Positions 1 to 9,303 of a stretch of 64,000 nt of DNA are shown here, one piece after another. This stretch comes from an uncultured Candidatus Saccharibacteria bacterium (GTDB taxonomy: Bacteria; Patescibacteriota; Minisyncoccia; Phycocordibacterales; UBA9973). Made by a program: the position numbers and the translations under genes. The DNA is taken from NCBI GenBank assembly GCA_964634365.1, contig CAZWJU010000004.1, positions 3,927 to 67,926 on the forward strand, written 5' to 3'. Numbering within the stretch: position 1 is the first letter of the stretch; every line of letters begins with the position of its first letter. Under the pieces are notes generated by a model. It was given only the letters and a program-made list of their open reading frames with translations, was not told the DNA's origin and did not search any database.

Positions 1-246
1 GGTTCGTCGAATTTCGAAGTGCTTTTTGGTATGGGGCTTGCGATACTTTTTATGAGTCACTTTATTATCAACGTCGGCATGAACATAGGACTCATGCCGG
101 TAACGGGTATAACTTTACCTTTTATGAGCTATGGAGGGTCGCACTTACTGACTTCATTTTTGGGACTAGGTATACTTATGAGCATGCGTAGATATGCGCG
201 CGCAATACACAGAGATGATATGCGCAATGAATTTTTCGGATTGTAG
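1..246 (+). CDS. SEDS-family peptidoglycan glycosyltransferase (FtsW/RodA), C-terminal fragment; gene starts upstream of window
   Basis: Open frame from base 1; C-terminus PVTGITLPFMSYGGSHLL...GLGILMS matches conserved FtsW/RodA C-terminal motif. Confidence 0.8.
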   Translation, partial: GSSNFEVLFGMGLAILFMSHFIINVGMNIGLMPVTGITLPFMSYGGSHLLTSFLGLGILMSMRRYARAIHRDDMRNEFFGL

Positions 247-273
247 TCTACTAGAGGATAATAGAAAAATAAA

Positions 274-1101
274 ATGCAAACTAAGATTATAGATGGAAAA
301 AATATAAGGGATTCAATAAAAGAAAAAATAATTTCTGAGTTGGCTTCTTTTTCTGGTAACAAGCCCAAGCTAGTACTTTTTCGCGTAGGAGAAAATCCTG
401 TTATAGATATATTTGTTCGTGCAAAGAAAAAGTTTGGAGATAGTATGGGGATAGAAGTAGATATACAAATTTTTCCTGATTCGATAAGTGAAAATGATCT
501 AATTGAGAAAATAAAATCTTTTTCAAAACCAAATATTGGTATTGTTGTTCAGTTACCTCTACCGAAACATATAGATTCTAAAAATATACTGAACTCTATT
601 CCTGTCGGGAACGATGTCGATATGTTAAGCGAAGGGGCGCTCTCTCTTCTAGCAAGGGGAGAGAGTGCGATACTTCCTCCTGTTGTTGGAGCGATAAATG
701 AAATATTTTTACTAGAAAATGTAAATCTATCTTCTAGTAAAATAGTTGTTATTGGTCGTGGAAAATTGGTGGGGGAGCCAGCTATCTTATGGCTAAAATC
801 TTTAGGCGTTGAACCAACTGTGATCACGAGATCTACCGAAGATATTTTTGAAAAGATTGCTTCGGCTGATATTGTAATATCTGGAGCTGGTCAGCCTGGG
901 CTAGTTCATGGCGACAATATAAAAGAGGGAAGTATAATGATAGATGCAGGCACAAGCGAGCTTGCTGAAAAACTTGTGGGTGATATAGACGAATCAGTTT
1001 TAGGTAAGGCATCTTTATATACGCCGGTCCCAGGAGGAATCGGACCTATTACTGTAGCTATATTGTTTAGAAACTTACTAGAAATTAGTAAAAAACAATG
1101 A
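274..1101 (+). CDS. folD: Bifunctional 5,10-methylene-tetrahydrofolate dehydrogenase/cyclohydrolase
   Basis: N-term KIIDGK..., C-term PVPGGIGPITVAIL motif typical of FolD; 275 aa. Confidence 0.9.
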   Translation: MQTKIIDGKNIRDSIKEKIISELASFSGNKPKLVLFRVGENPVIDIFVRAKKKFGDSMGIEVDIQIFPDSISENDLIEKIKSFSKPNIGIVVQLPLPKHIDSKNILNSIPVGNDVDMLSEGALSLLARGESAILPPVVGAINEIFLLENVNLSSSKIVVIGRGKLVGEPAILWLKSLGVEPTVITRSTEDIFEKIASADIVISGAGQPGLVHGDNIKEGSIMIDAGTSELAEKLVGDIDESVLGKASLYTPVPGGIGPITVAILFRNLLEISKKQ

Positions 1102-1670
1102 TTGGAATCTTAGATAAAAATATATTTATTTTCTTGAACAGCTTAACAGCGAAATCTGTTTTTTTTGATTCGACAATTATATTTTTGGCTACATCTTTTG
1201 GGACACTGCTAACAATTGGAGTATTTTTATTTTTGATTTTTCATCACGATGAGGCGGGGAGCGAGTACTATTTTGGAAAGATTAAAAAAAAGCTTGGCGA
1301 AGCTTCTGTCATACTTACGTCTGCATTTTTATCTTGGCTTTTTGTCCTTATTTTAAAGGATATTTTTGATAGTCCTAGGCCTTTCATTACTTACACAGAA
1401 ATAAAACCTCTTTTTGATTATGGTGGTTATGATTCTTTTCCTTCGGGTCACGCGACTTTTTTCTCGGCATTAGGAGTTGCTCTATTTATGTATCACAAGA
1501 GAATTGGAATTTTTTATCTTTCGGGGGCTTTTGTTATTGGTCTATCTAGAATTATTGTGGGCGTGCATTTTCCATTTGATATTGTCGCTGGTTTTATTTT
1601 AGGATCTTTTACTTCGTTTTTTGTTTATAGAGCTCTAAGGCCTAGAGTGAAAAGGATACTAAATTGGTAA
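1098..1670 (+). CDS. PAP2-family membrane phosphatase (undecaprenyl/phosphatidyl phosphate phosphatase-like)
   Basis: Multi-TM; PAP2 signature PSGHAT...GVHFPFD; start overlaps folD stop (ATGA). Confidence 0.7.
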   Translation: MIGILDKNIFIFLNSLTAKSVFFDSTIIFLATSFGTLLTIGVFLFLIFHHDEAGSEYYFGKIKKKLGEASVILTSAFLSWLFVLILKDIFDSPRPFITYTEIKPLFDYGGYDSFPSGHATFFSALGVALFMYHKRIGIFYLSGAFVIGLSRIIVGVHFPFDIVAGFILGSFTSFFVYRALRPRVKRILNW

Positions 1671-1725
1671 AAGGTCAAGTTTACGTTTTGTGTTAAAAAA
1701 TATAAAATAGGCCTATTATATAAAT

Positions 1726-3108
1726 ATGATTAAAACAAGAATTTTAGCTGCAGCGGTACTTATTTTCGGCTTATTACTAGGTTATTTTGTGGTTGGTTCA
1801 GAAAACAAAAACAAGGTTTTTGCAGGCGCCCCTGCTTTTTTTGAAAATTTTAATTTTAAATTGGGTTTGGATTTGTCTGGTGGGACGCACTTAGTTTACA
1901 GAGCTGATACTAGTAGTATAGATCCATCCGAGATAGATGATTCTATGAATGCGCTACGCGATGTGATTGAGCGTAGGGTTAACTTGTTTGGTGTGGCAGA
2001 GCCTGTTGTTCAAGTACAAGAGGGTAGTTTTGCAAACAATCAAGAGGAGAGATTGTCTATAGATTTGCCTGGTGTCACAGATATAGATGAGGCAGTAGAG
2101 ATGATAGGTCAAACACCACTTCTTGAGTTCAAAGTAGAAAATCCAGATCCAAATGCACCGATTCAGTTGGATGCGAGCGATGTGGTTGATGGAAATATAA
2201 ATCTAGACAGTATAAATCTAAATAATTTAAATTATATAAACACTGACTTAACAGGCAGGTATCTTAAGAGAGCAACTCTTGAATTTGATCCTTCAACACG
2301 TGAGCCAATAGTTTCTCTTCAGTTTAACGAAGAGGGTGCGAAGATGTTTGAAGACATAACAAAAGAAAATATTGGTAAGACCGTCGCTATATATCTAGAT
2401 GGTTCACCTATATCAACACCAGTAGTTAGATCTGCTATTTCTGGTGGTCAGGCTCAAATAACAGGATTGTTTACACCACAAGAAGCAAAACAATTAGTCG
2501 GAAGACTAAACTCAGGTGCACTGCCTGTTCCTATCGAACTTATATCTACTCAGACAATTGGCGCAACGCTGGGTTCTAGTGCTGTAGAAGCTGGTGTGTT
2601 TGCGGGCCTTATTGGATTTATATTGATTTCAGCTTTTCTTATCTTTTGGTATCGTCTACCAGGTTTTATTGCGGTGGTTGCCTTGGTTATGTATATAGTT
2701 ATGATGTTGGTTTTGTTTAAGATTATCCCGATTACACTAACTGCTTCTGGAATCGCTGGGTTTATTATATCTATTGGTATTGCTGTGGATGCAAACGTGC
2801 TTATATTTGAGCGCATAAAAGAAGAGATCAGAAAACATGACAGAAGTATCGCCGATGCTATTCACACAGGATTTGAAAGAGCATGGCTCTCTATTCGTGA
2901 CTCAAATACATCAAGTATTATTACTGCGTTGATACTATTTATATTCGGCACATCAGTTATCCAAGGTTTCGCTCTTACTTTTGGGCTCGGCGTTATAGTA
3001 TCTCTAATATCTGCTATATCTATTACTAGACTATTCTTGTATGCTTTGAATATTAAAAATACTAATAAGATTACTAAGTTTTTATTTAGCTCAGGATTCT
3101 CAAAATAA
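1726..3108 (+). CDS. secD: Protein translocase subunit SecD
   Basis: N-terminal TM, periplasmic domain, LDLSGGTHLVY motif, C-terminal 6-TM bundle; 460 aa. Confidence 0.9.
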   Translation: MIKTRILAAAVLIFGLLLGYFVVGSENKNKVFAGAPAFFENFNFKLGLDLSGGTHLVYRADTSSIDPSEIDDSMNALRDVIERRVNLFGVAEPVVQVQEGSFANNQEERLSIDLPGVTDIDEAVEMIGQTPLLEFKVENPDPNAPIQLDASDVVDGNINLDSINLNNLNYINTDLTGRYLKRATLEFDPSTREPIVSLQFNEEGAKMFEDITKENIGKTVAIYLDGSPISTPVVRSAISGGQAQITGLFTPQEAKQLVGRLNSGALPVPIELISTQTIGATLGSSAVEAGVFAGLIGFILISAFLIFWYRLPGFIAVVALVMYIVMMLVLFKIIPITLTASGIAGFIISIGIAVDANVLIFERIKEEIRKHDRSIADAIHTGFERAWLSIRDSNTSSIITALILFIFGTSVIQGFALTFGLGVIVSLISAISITRLFLYALNIKNTNKITKFLFSSGFSK

Positions 3109-3109
3109 T

Positions 3110-4012
3110 ATGTTTATAATAAATCATAAAAAAATATTTATCTGGTTGTCTGTTGTATTGGTGGTATTGTCTGTATCTAGTATTGCTTACTTCGGTCTTA
3201 GTTTAGGTATTGATTTTAAAGGTGGGGCAGTTATGGAAGTCAAATACCCATCTGGAAGACCAGATGTCTCTCTACTAGAGAGCGAAGTTTCGTCTCTCGA
3301 TATAGGTCCGGTTTTTCAGCCAGCTGGTGAAGATGGATACTTAGTAAAGACGCGCGACTTAACTGATCCAGAAAGACAAGCACTTTTCAGTGCACTCGGT
3401 TTGTCAGGTACTGTAAATATAGAAGAAGTAAGCTTTAACTCTATCGGTCCTTCTGTTGGAACTGAACTAAAAAGAAAAGCTATTATTCAGATAATTTTAG
3501 TTTGCATAGGAATAGTTTTATTTATTGCATATGCATTTCGTAAAGTTTCAAAACCTGTTTCTTCTTGGAAATATGGAATCATAGCAGTTTGTACACTACT
3601 ACACGATGTATTGATACCGCTTGGAATATTTGCAGTAATAGCAAATATTCACAACTTAGAAGTTGATACACTTTTGATAGTTTCAATACTAACAATACTA
3701 GGTTTATCAGTTTCAGATACGATTGTTGTATTTGATCGAATCAGAGAAAACTTGAAACATAATTTAGAGAAAAATGTAAACGAAGATTTCAAGGATACTG
3801 TAGGAAAAAGTATATCTCAGACTTTTACTCGATCTATAAATACATCTCTAACCGTGATTCTGACACTCGCTGCACTTGCAATTTTTGGTCCAGAATCTAC
3901 ACGCTACTTTGCAATCATGCTTACCGCAGGAATGTTTTTTGGAACATACTCATCTATATTCCTAGCAAGCCCGCTACTTGTTGCGTGGTCAGGGCAGGGG
4001 AATAAAAAATAG
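3110..4012 (+). CDS. secF: Protein translocase subunit SecF
   Basis: Immediately follows secD; GIDFKGG motif and 6 TM segments; 300 aa. Confidence 0.9.
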   Translation: MFIINHKKIFIWLSVVLVVLSVSSIAYFGLSLGIDFKGGAVMEVKYPSGRPDVSLLESEVSSLDIGPVFQPAGEDGYLVKTRDLTDPERQALFSALGLSGTVNIEEVSFNSIGPSVGTELKRKAIIQIILVCIGIVLFIAYAFRKVSKPVSSWKYGIIAVCTLLHDVLIPLGIFAVIANIHNLEVDTLLIVSILTILGLSVSDTIVVFDRIRENLKHNLEKNVNEDFKDTVGKSISQTFTRSINTSLTVILTLAALAIFGPESTRYFAIMLTAGMFFGTYSSIFLASPLLVAWSGQGNKK

Positions 4013-4140
4013 GCATAGAGTTTTTTCATGTTTTCGATATGTATGAATAACTGGGTACATATTGCATTTAATTAAATAAAATAATCAAAAAAACCCCATT
4101 TCCGATTTGGAAATAGAGCCTCCGCTAAGGATAATTTGTT

Positions 4141-4371
4141 TTAATTAATCCTAGCTAAACAGTTTATTACAACCGTCTTTTTTTGTTTGTTTGAAGGGTA
4201 GTTTTTATTAAACCATTTCGTGATCTCAGCGATAATATTTTCGACTGATTCTTCATAAAAATGATCTAAAGACTCACCTTCTTTTTTTTCAATATCAACC
4301 ACACCTTGGAAAGGTTGGATACTACCATCTTCTAAATGGATAGTAGTATTTACAAAAAACCATAGTTTCAT
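4141..4371 (-). CDS. Hypothetical small protein (76 aa)
   Basis: ORF bounded by terminator-like hairpins on both sides; no recognisable domain. Confidence 0.35.
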   Translation of the reverse strand: MKLWFFVNTTIHLEDGSIQPFQGVVDIEKKEGESLDHFYEESVENIIAEITKWFNKNYPSNKQKKTVVINCLARIN

Positions 4372-4477
4372 ATTTTCTATTGTTTTTAGGTTAAATTATA
4401 CTGTTTGGTTATATTATAGCACTAATAATCATAAAAGTCAATACATAGAATTAAGTTTTTTATATATATTATAAATA

Positions 4478-4507
4478 AAAAACCGCCCAATTTGGGGTGG
4501 TTTTTTG
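4478..4507. terminator. Rho-independent terminator (bidirectional hairpin)
   Basis: aaaaaaccgcccaatttggggtggtttttt: GC stem flanked by A-run and T-run. Confidence 0.7.
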
Positions 4508-4509
4508 AA

Positions 4510-4797
4510 TCAATTCCTCCTTTTTCCTCGTACCAGATTCGGTATTTCTTCATCCGGTAAAGATAGGGTATTTTCTAAGGTTGCGATTATATGTTCCGTG
4601 TAATCCCTTACTTTTTCTGCTTCAGTTTTTATTAAATCCCTGTACGCAACTCTTCTCTCCTCGGTTAAGTCCTTGTTTTCGAAATATTCTAATACAAGAT
4701 AAACCAGCATATTTGAAGAAGAGAGTTTGTTTCTTATGTCTGAAGCTAATCCTTGCCTATGTAAAAGTTCTAAATCCTCGGGGCTGAGCATTTTCAT
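4510..4797 (-). CDS. Hypothetical helical protein (95 aa)
   Basis: ORF; start overlaps stop of upstream minus-strand membrane ORF (operon-like). Confidence 0.45.
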   Translation of the reverse strand: MKMLSPEDLELLHRQGLASDIRNKLSSSNMLVYLVLEYFENKDLTEERRVAYRDLIKTEAEKVRDYTEHIIATLENTLSLPDEEIPNLVRGKRRN

Positions 4798-5084
4798 TCT
4801 ATTGTTTTAGGCTCGTTTGCATTTATTACTGCGCTCCGGATCAATAAAAAAATAGACGGAGGCATGAGGGCTGCGCATGTCATCAGTGAATTGTGAGTGA
4901 AGATAGAAATCTCCTCGAAACTATTTTCATACATAATGCGATGTGCAATCGCAATGCCAAAAAATGCCAGGCAGGGGATAAAAAACAACATAGCAAGGAA
5001 GAAACTTCCTTTCCCAGACTTTATATTTAATTTCATAATACCTTTATTTTTATGCATTATATCATTTATTAACATAAAAGTCAA
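4794..5084 (-). CDS. Hypothetical small membrane protein (96 aa)
   Basis: Two predicted TM helices; translationally coupled to 4510..4797. Confidence 0.4.
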   Translation of the reverse strand: MTFMLINDIMHKNKGIMKLNIKSGKGSFFLAMLFFIPCLAFFGIAIAHRIMYENSFEEISIFTHNSLMTCAALMPPSIFLLIRSAVINANEPKTIE

Positions 5085-5150
5085 ATTAATATTTCTTATT
5101 TTTTGGTATAATACAGAGAGTCGTTTTATCGCTTATTTTTAAACAAATTT

Positions 5151-5708
5151 ATGTCACCAATGATTATTGTCTATATTATTTTAGCTGTTTTGGTTGTGTT
5201 CCTGATTGGAATGTACAACGGTTTTGTTCGTCTTGTTAATCGAACAAAAGAAGCTTGGGCAGATATCGAGGTTCAACTAAAGCGCCGCTATGACCTGATC
5301 CCAAACTTGGTAAATACTGTAAAGGGATATGCACAGCACGAATCAAGTGCTTTTGAAAAAGTGACACAAGCTCGTGCTAGTGCTATGTCTGCAAAAACAG
5401 CTGGGGAGCACTCACAAAGTGAGGCGGTGCTCGGGCAAGCTATTACAGGACTCTTTGGTATTGCAGAAGCGTATCCAGATCTGAAGGCAAATACAAACTT
5501 CCTAGAGCTTCAACGTGAGCTTTCTGATACAGAAAACAAGATACAAGCAGCTCGCCGTTTCTACAACACAAATGTTCGCGATCTAAATACAAAGATTGAA
5601 ATGTTTCCTGGAAATGTATTCGCAGGTTTATTCAAATTTTCAAAAATGGAATTTTTCGATATTCCAGATGATGGGGTAGAAAGTAAGCCTGTAGAAGTAA
5701 AATTCTAA
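5151..5708 (+). CDS. lemA: LemA family membrane protein
   Basis: N-terminal TM then WADIEVQLKRRYDLIPNLV... and NTNFLELQRELSDTENKIQAARRFYN conserved LemA core. Confidence 0.85.
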   Translation: MSPMIIVYIILAVLVVFLIGMYNGFVRLVNRTKEAWADIEVQLKRRYDLIPNLVNTVKGYAQHESSAFEKVTQARASAMSAKTAGEHSQSEAVLGQAITGLFGIAEAYPDLKANTNFLELQRELSDTENKIQAARRFYNTNVRDLNTKIEMFPGNVFAGLFKFSKMEFFDIPDDGVESKPVEVKF

Positions 5709-5736
5709 TTTATTATTATTTTTTTAAATTAAAATC

Positions 5737-6237
5737 ATGTCATTAGAAAACCCAATAAAACAGATTAGAAAAGCAATAAAAGGTCTAGCAGAGGAATCTG
5801 CATCTAGAGAGTTTTTACAAGAGCCAGAAAAAAGACACTACGATAACGCGCTTGCTTTAATGAAATCCATACGCGAAATTTATCCAGATAAAATTGAAAA
5901 TACAATAAAGATCACAGCTGAAGCACAAGAAATGAAAGAAGAACTAGGTCCAGCGTTTGATGTTTTTAATGCTGTTGCTAATGACGTTACTACTAAAATG
6001 CAAACAAAGGTATCAGATGCATTGCTTGTATTTACTGAAAGAGAAGATTTAACAGATGAGAATGCAGAAAGTGAATATCGAAATCTCACAGATAGAATAG
6101 TTGGTGATATTTTAAAACAAATAAGATATGATGAAAGAATCGGATCTGCATTTACGGGCAAAGAAGATTCGTTAAATAAATTAGAAAATTACTGGAAAGA
6201 TTCTTTGCTAAATATGTTTGACCTTAAAATAAAGTAG
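5737..6237 (+). CDS. Hypothetical soluble helical protein (166 aa) in lemA-htpX operon
   Basis: ORF, 29 nt after lemA; no TM; no recognisable motif. Confidence 0.5.
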   Translation: MSLENPIKQIRKAIKGLAEESASREFLQEPEKRHYDNALALMKSIREIYPDKIENTIKITAEAQEMKEELGPAFDVFNAVANDVTTKMQTKVSDALLVFTEREDLTDENAESEYRNLTDRIVGDILKQIRYDERIGSAFTGKEDSLNKLENYWKDSLLNMFDLKIK

Positions 6238-6250
6238 ATATCTCTTACAC

Positions 6251-6787
6251 ATGACACTACATAAATTTTTTGATTATCTAGCTGGGTTTTTGATACTATT
6301 TCTCGTTATGGTAATAGCTTTTTTGGTGTATGTAAAAGATAGAAACATTAATACCGAAAAAGATACAGTTTCAGACATATCTACAGAACAAAATGATTTG
6401 CCGTTCGATAATTCTCTTGGGTTTGGCCCTTATCCTACAGAGTACGTATTAGGAGATAAAGAAAATCTAGAGATGTTTTCTGTTGCGCCTAATACAGAAT
6501 TTAAAACTGGCACTAAAATCGAGGCTTTTGGGACAATCAAGGGAGGATATTTTTTTGAAGGCAATATATTGGTAAATATACTTGATTCAAACAAGATTAT
6601 TTTGAAGGCAGGTCATGGAACAGCGATTAGTGACTGGATGACCGTAGGCTCTGTGACTTTCAATACAACTATTGATTTCGCGGGAATTCCAAGCGGGGAA
6701 GCATATATTGAGATTCACAACGACAATGCATCCGGAGAGCCAGAAAATGATAAAAGTATTTTAATTCCAATTTTTATTAGTGAATAA
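6251..6787 (+). CDS. N-terminally anchored extracytoplasmic beta-rich protein (Gmad2/Ig-like-type domain suspected)
   Basis: Single N-terminal TM; C-terminal half resembles Gmad2-type Ig-like fold (pattern recognition only). Confidence 0.5.
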   Translation: MTLHKFFDYLAGFLILFLVMVIAFLVYVKDRNINTEKDTVSDISTEQNDLPFDNSLGFGPYPTEYVLGDKENLEMFSVAPNTEFKTGTKIEAFGTIKGGYFFEGNILVNILDSNKIILKAGHGTAISDWMTVGSVTFNTTIDFAGIPSGEAYIEIHNDNASGEPENDKSILIPIFISE

Positions 6788-6792
6788 TTTAT

Positions 6793-7284
6793 ATGCAAAA
6801 CGAAAATCATAGAAACATACTACTTTTTCTAATATTACTAGTTTTGATTGTAATAGCATTTTTGATTGCAAGAAACGATAGAAATGTTGCTGTAGCTCCA
6901 ATTAGCACACTTCCTACAAATCAAATTTACTCCAATCAAGATGTCTTACTAGATGAAGAAGATTTACAAGAACCAGAACCAAAACCCACACCAGAAGATC
7001 CAACAGTTACCTTTTTGAAGACTTTTTTTAAGTATGAAAATATTATTCCTGAAATCCGGGAATGTGAACAAGCGGGTATTGATTTTACTGCTGTCACTTA
7101 TGATGGTGGAGGGATTGCTGATGGTGGTTGGACTATATATGAAACAAATACCCACGAAGTTGCCGAAACATGTGGAGGTTTTACTGCGGAACCAATGCCC
7201 ACAAATAGTTTTTGCAGAACAACACTACCATCATGTACTACTGTTTTTAAAGAAGGTGTAGTAGATATCTATAATTTGGATTAA
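6793..7284 (+). CDS. N-terminally anchored extracytoplasmic Cys-containing protein (163 aa)
   Basis: N-terminal TM; Pro/Glu-rich linker; C-terminal domain with 6 Cys. Confidence 0.5.
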   Translation: MQNENHRNILLFLILLVLIVIAFLIARNDRNVAVAPISTLPTNQIYSNQDVLLDEEDLQEPEPKPTPEDPTVTFLKTFFKYENIIPEIRECEQAGIDFTAVTYDGGGIADGGWTIYETNTHEVAETCGGFTAEPMPTNSFCRTTLPSCTTVFKEGVVDIYNLD

Positions 7285-7285
7285 C

Positions 7286-8161
7286 ATGGCAACACTATAT
7301 ACACAACAAGATAAAAATGTACGACGCACATGGTTGCTTATGACCACGTTTTTGGTTTTGATAGTTGCGATAGGTTTTGTATTTTCACAAATCTACGGCA
7401 ACCCAAACTTTCTTTACGGTTTTTTCATTTTCTCAATATTTATGAATATTTTTGCATATTGGAATAGTGCAAAAATAGCTCTGCGTGTTTCTGGTGCAAA
7501 ACCTGCAGACGAGACACAATATCGTGAACTTCACAATATTGTAGAAAATCTATCCATCACCGCTGGTATCCCAAAACCAAAAGTCTATATCATAAACGAC
7601 CCTGCTCCAAATGCATTTGCAACTGGTCGCAACAAAGATCACGCGGCTGTGGCTTTTACAACAGGAATATTGAACATACTCGACAAAGCGGAGCTTGAAG
7701 GTGTCGCAGCACACGAACTGTCTCATATAGGCAACAGAGATATTTTGGTTTCTACTATTGCGGTTGTCTTGGCTGGATTTATTTCACTTATTGCAGACAT
7801 ATTTTTGCGTTCACAAATTTTTGGCAGTAGAGACAATGAATCCAAAGGTGGCAGTATCTTGATGATAGTGGGGATTGTTCTCGCTATACTTGCACCTATA
7901 TTTGCTATGCTTGTTCAGCTATCTATATCTCGAAAGCGTGAGTTTCTAGCAGATGCGTCCGGTGCGCTTCTTACTCGATATCCAGAAGGTCTAGCGAGTG
8001 CGCTTCAAAAGATATCTCTAAACAGTGCTCCCATGCATAGCGCACACAAGGCAACAGCACATCTTTTTATAGCAAATCCGTTTGGAGGGAAAAACATAAA
8101 AAATCTCTTTGCTACACATCCGCCAGTAGAGGATAGAGTTAAGGCATTGCTCGGTAAATAA
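7286..8161 (+). CDS. htpX: Zinc metalloprotease HtpX (M48 family)
   Basis: HELSHIGNRD (HEXXH) motif, 4 TM topology, N-terminus typical of HtpX. Confidence 0.9.
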   Translation: MATLYTQQDKNVRRTWLLMTTFLVLIVAIGFVFSQIYGNPNFLYGFFIFSIFMNIFAYWNSAKIALRVSGAKPADETQYRELHNIVENLSITAGIPKPKVYIINDPAPNAFATGRNKDHAAVAFTTGILNILDKAELEGVAAHELSHIGNRDILVSTIAVVLAGFISLIADIFLRSQIFGSRDNESKGGSILMIVGIVLAILAPIFAMLVQLSISRKREFLADASGALLTRYPEGLASALQKISLNSAPMHSAHKATAHLFIANPFGGKNIKNLFATHPPVEDRVKALLGK

Positions 8162-8163
8162 AA

Positions 8164-8190
8164 ACCTGCAAAAACTTGCAGGTTTTTATT
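8164..8190 (+). terminator. Rho-independent terminator after htpX
   Basis: cctgcaaaaacttgcagg stem-loop followed by ttttta ttt. Confidence 0.75.
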
Positions 8191-8308
8191 TAATCGTTAG
8201 TATAGACACAGACGTTCCTTAAGTTTTTAGATGGACACGTATTAATGTTTCCATCGTGGGTATTTGCTTATGTAAATATCCTGCTGCCCGACTTCGGTCG
8301 GGGGCTAG

Positions 8309-8395
8309 GGAGACGTCGCATAGTGGTCTAGTGCACCGCCTTGGAAAGGCGGCAAGGTGTCAAAGCCTTCGAGAGTTCAAATCTCTCCGTCTCCG
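8309..8395 (+). tRNA. tRNA-Ser (anticodon GGA), type II with long variable arm
   Basis: Acceptor GGAGACG/CGTCTCC. D-stem GCA/TGC with GG loop. Anticodon stem CCGCC/GGCGG with loop TTGGAAA. Variable arm AAGG...CCTT. T-arm GAGAG-TTCAAAT-CTCTC. Discriminator G. No encoded CCA. Confidence 0.85.
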
Positions 8396-8419
8396 CAAAA
8401 GTTCATTTTAAAAAGCTAT

Positions 8420-9265
8420 ATGATAGACAAAACTGCAAAGAATATTATTTTTGTACATGCGATGTCCAGATCTGGTCAGCATGCAGTGATAGATTGGATT
8501 TTCAATCAGTTTGAAAACAATAAAGTTTTCTTTAACTATATGAAAATATTTCCAGATATTGATCCGTACACCATACGAAGTCAGTATTATTTCAACCAGG
8601 AAAAATATTTTCACAAATTAAATGAAAACTGGCAAAAGCATGGAGTGCTCGATGAAAAACTCAAAGAGTTTAAGCTAGAAACCCCCGAGCTATGGAGAAA
8701 TATTTGTGAAGATGATAAGAATCTTATTTCGATGAATTTTGAAAATATTGACTTTGCTTCACATGAACAAGAGCTAAAATCTTTTACAAAAAAGTTTATA
8801 GCCGAAGAAAAATTCTCCAATGTTCTAATCATGCGCGATATATTCAACTATATTGCAAGCAAAATGAAAATGGGGAGGTATTTTCATCCGGAGACCAATC
8901 TTGTCTGCTGGAAAGCACACGCATATGAATACCTCGGTTATACAAATATTTTGAGAAATAGAGTCTCAGTAAACTTCAATGCATGGGTGAAAGATCCGGA
9001 TTATAGAAAAGATGTGGCAAAAAATTTGCACGTAGATAATTTTCTACCCGAATGGAATGAAGTTTCTTCTTTTGGTGGCGGGAGTTCTTTTGATGGGAAA
9101 GATTTTCATGGTAACGCTTCATCTATGGATGTTTTAAATAGATGGCGTGAATATGCAAACGACGAGCAATTCAAGTCGTATCTAAAAAACTACAAGGAGC
9201 TCATAGAGCTATCAGAAGCAATTTTTGGCCATATACCAGGCACAGAAGTATTTCCTCGAAAATAA
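8420..9265 (+). CDS. Hypothetical protein, possible sulfotransferase-fold (uncertain)
   Basis: ORF track 8357..9265 overlaps tRNA; first ATG after tRNA at 8420 (MIDKTAKN...). HAMSRSGQH resembles PAPS 5'-phosphate binding loop of sulfotransferases (weak). Confidence 0.5.
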   Translation: MIDKTAKNIIFVHAMSRSGQHAVIDWIFNQFENNKVFFNYMKIFPDIDPYTIRSQYYFNQEKYFHKLNENWQKHGVLDEKLKEFKLETPELWRNICEDDKNLISMNFENIDFASHEQELKSFTKKFIAEEKFSNVLIMRDIFNYIASKMKMGRYFHPETNLVCWKAHAYEYLGYTNILRNRVSVNFNAWVKDPDYRKDVAKNLHVDNFLPEWNEVSSFGGGSSFDGKDFHGNASSMDVLNRWREYANDEQFKSYLKNYKELIELSEAIFGHIPGTEVFPRK

Positions 9266-9272
9266 AAATTAA

Positions 9273-9303
9273 ATCCCCCGCGTATGCGGGGGATTGTTTT
9301 TAT
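9273..9303. terminator. Bidirectional rho-independent terminator between convergent genes
   Basis: atcccccgcgtatgcgggggat stem with A-run upstream and T-run downstream. Confidence 0.75.

Noticed and set aside
549-827. Antisense ORFs inside well-supported genes. Examples: 549..827(-), 2550..2816(-), 34925..35650(-), 37434..37841(-), 52126..52413(-), 53515..53868(-), 55294..55722(-), 59599..60080(-).
   Set aside because: They lie entirely within strongly conserved genes on the opposite strand (folD, secD, nusB-nudix, smc, rpoB, rpoC, dnaG). Their composition is low-complexity or skewed, typical of shadow frames.
4897-5142. ORF 4897..5142(+) and other short ORFs (4581..4787+, 7034..7261+, 6964..7155-, 8408..8847-, 12680..12931+).
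   Set aside because: They overlap better-supported genes on the other strand or in another frame and have aberrant composition.
8162-9265. Integrase or other mobile-element signatures adjacent to tRNA-Ser.
   Set aside because: No tyrosine or serine recombinase, transposase or direct repeat of the tRNA 3' end was seen anywhere in the downstream block. The island idea is kept only as an inference.
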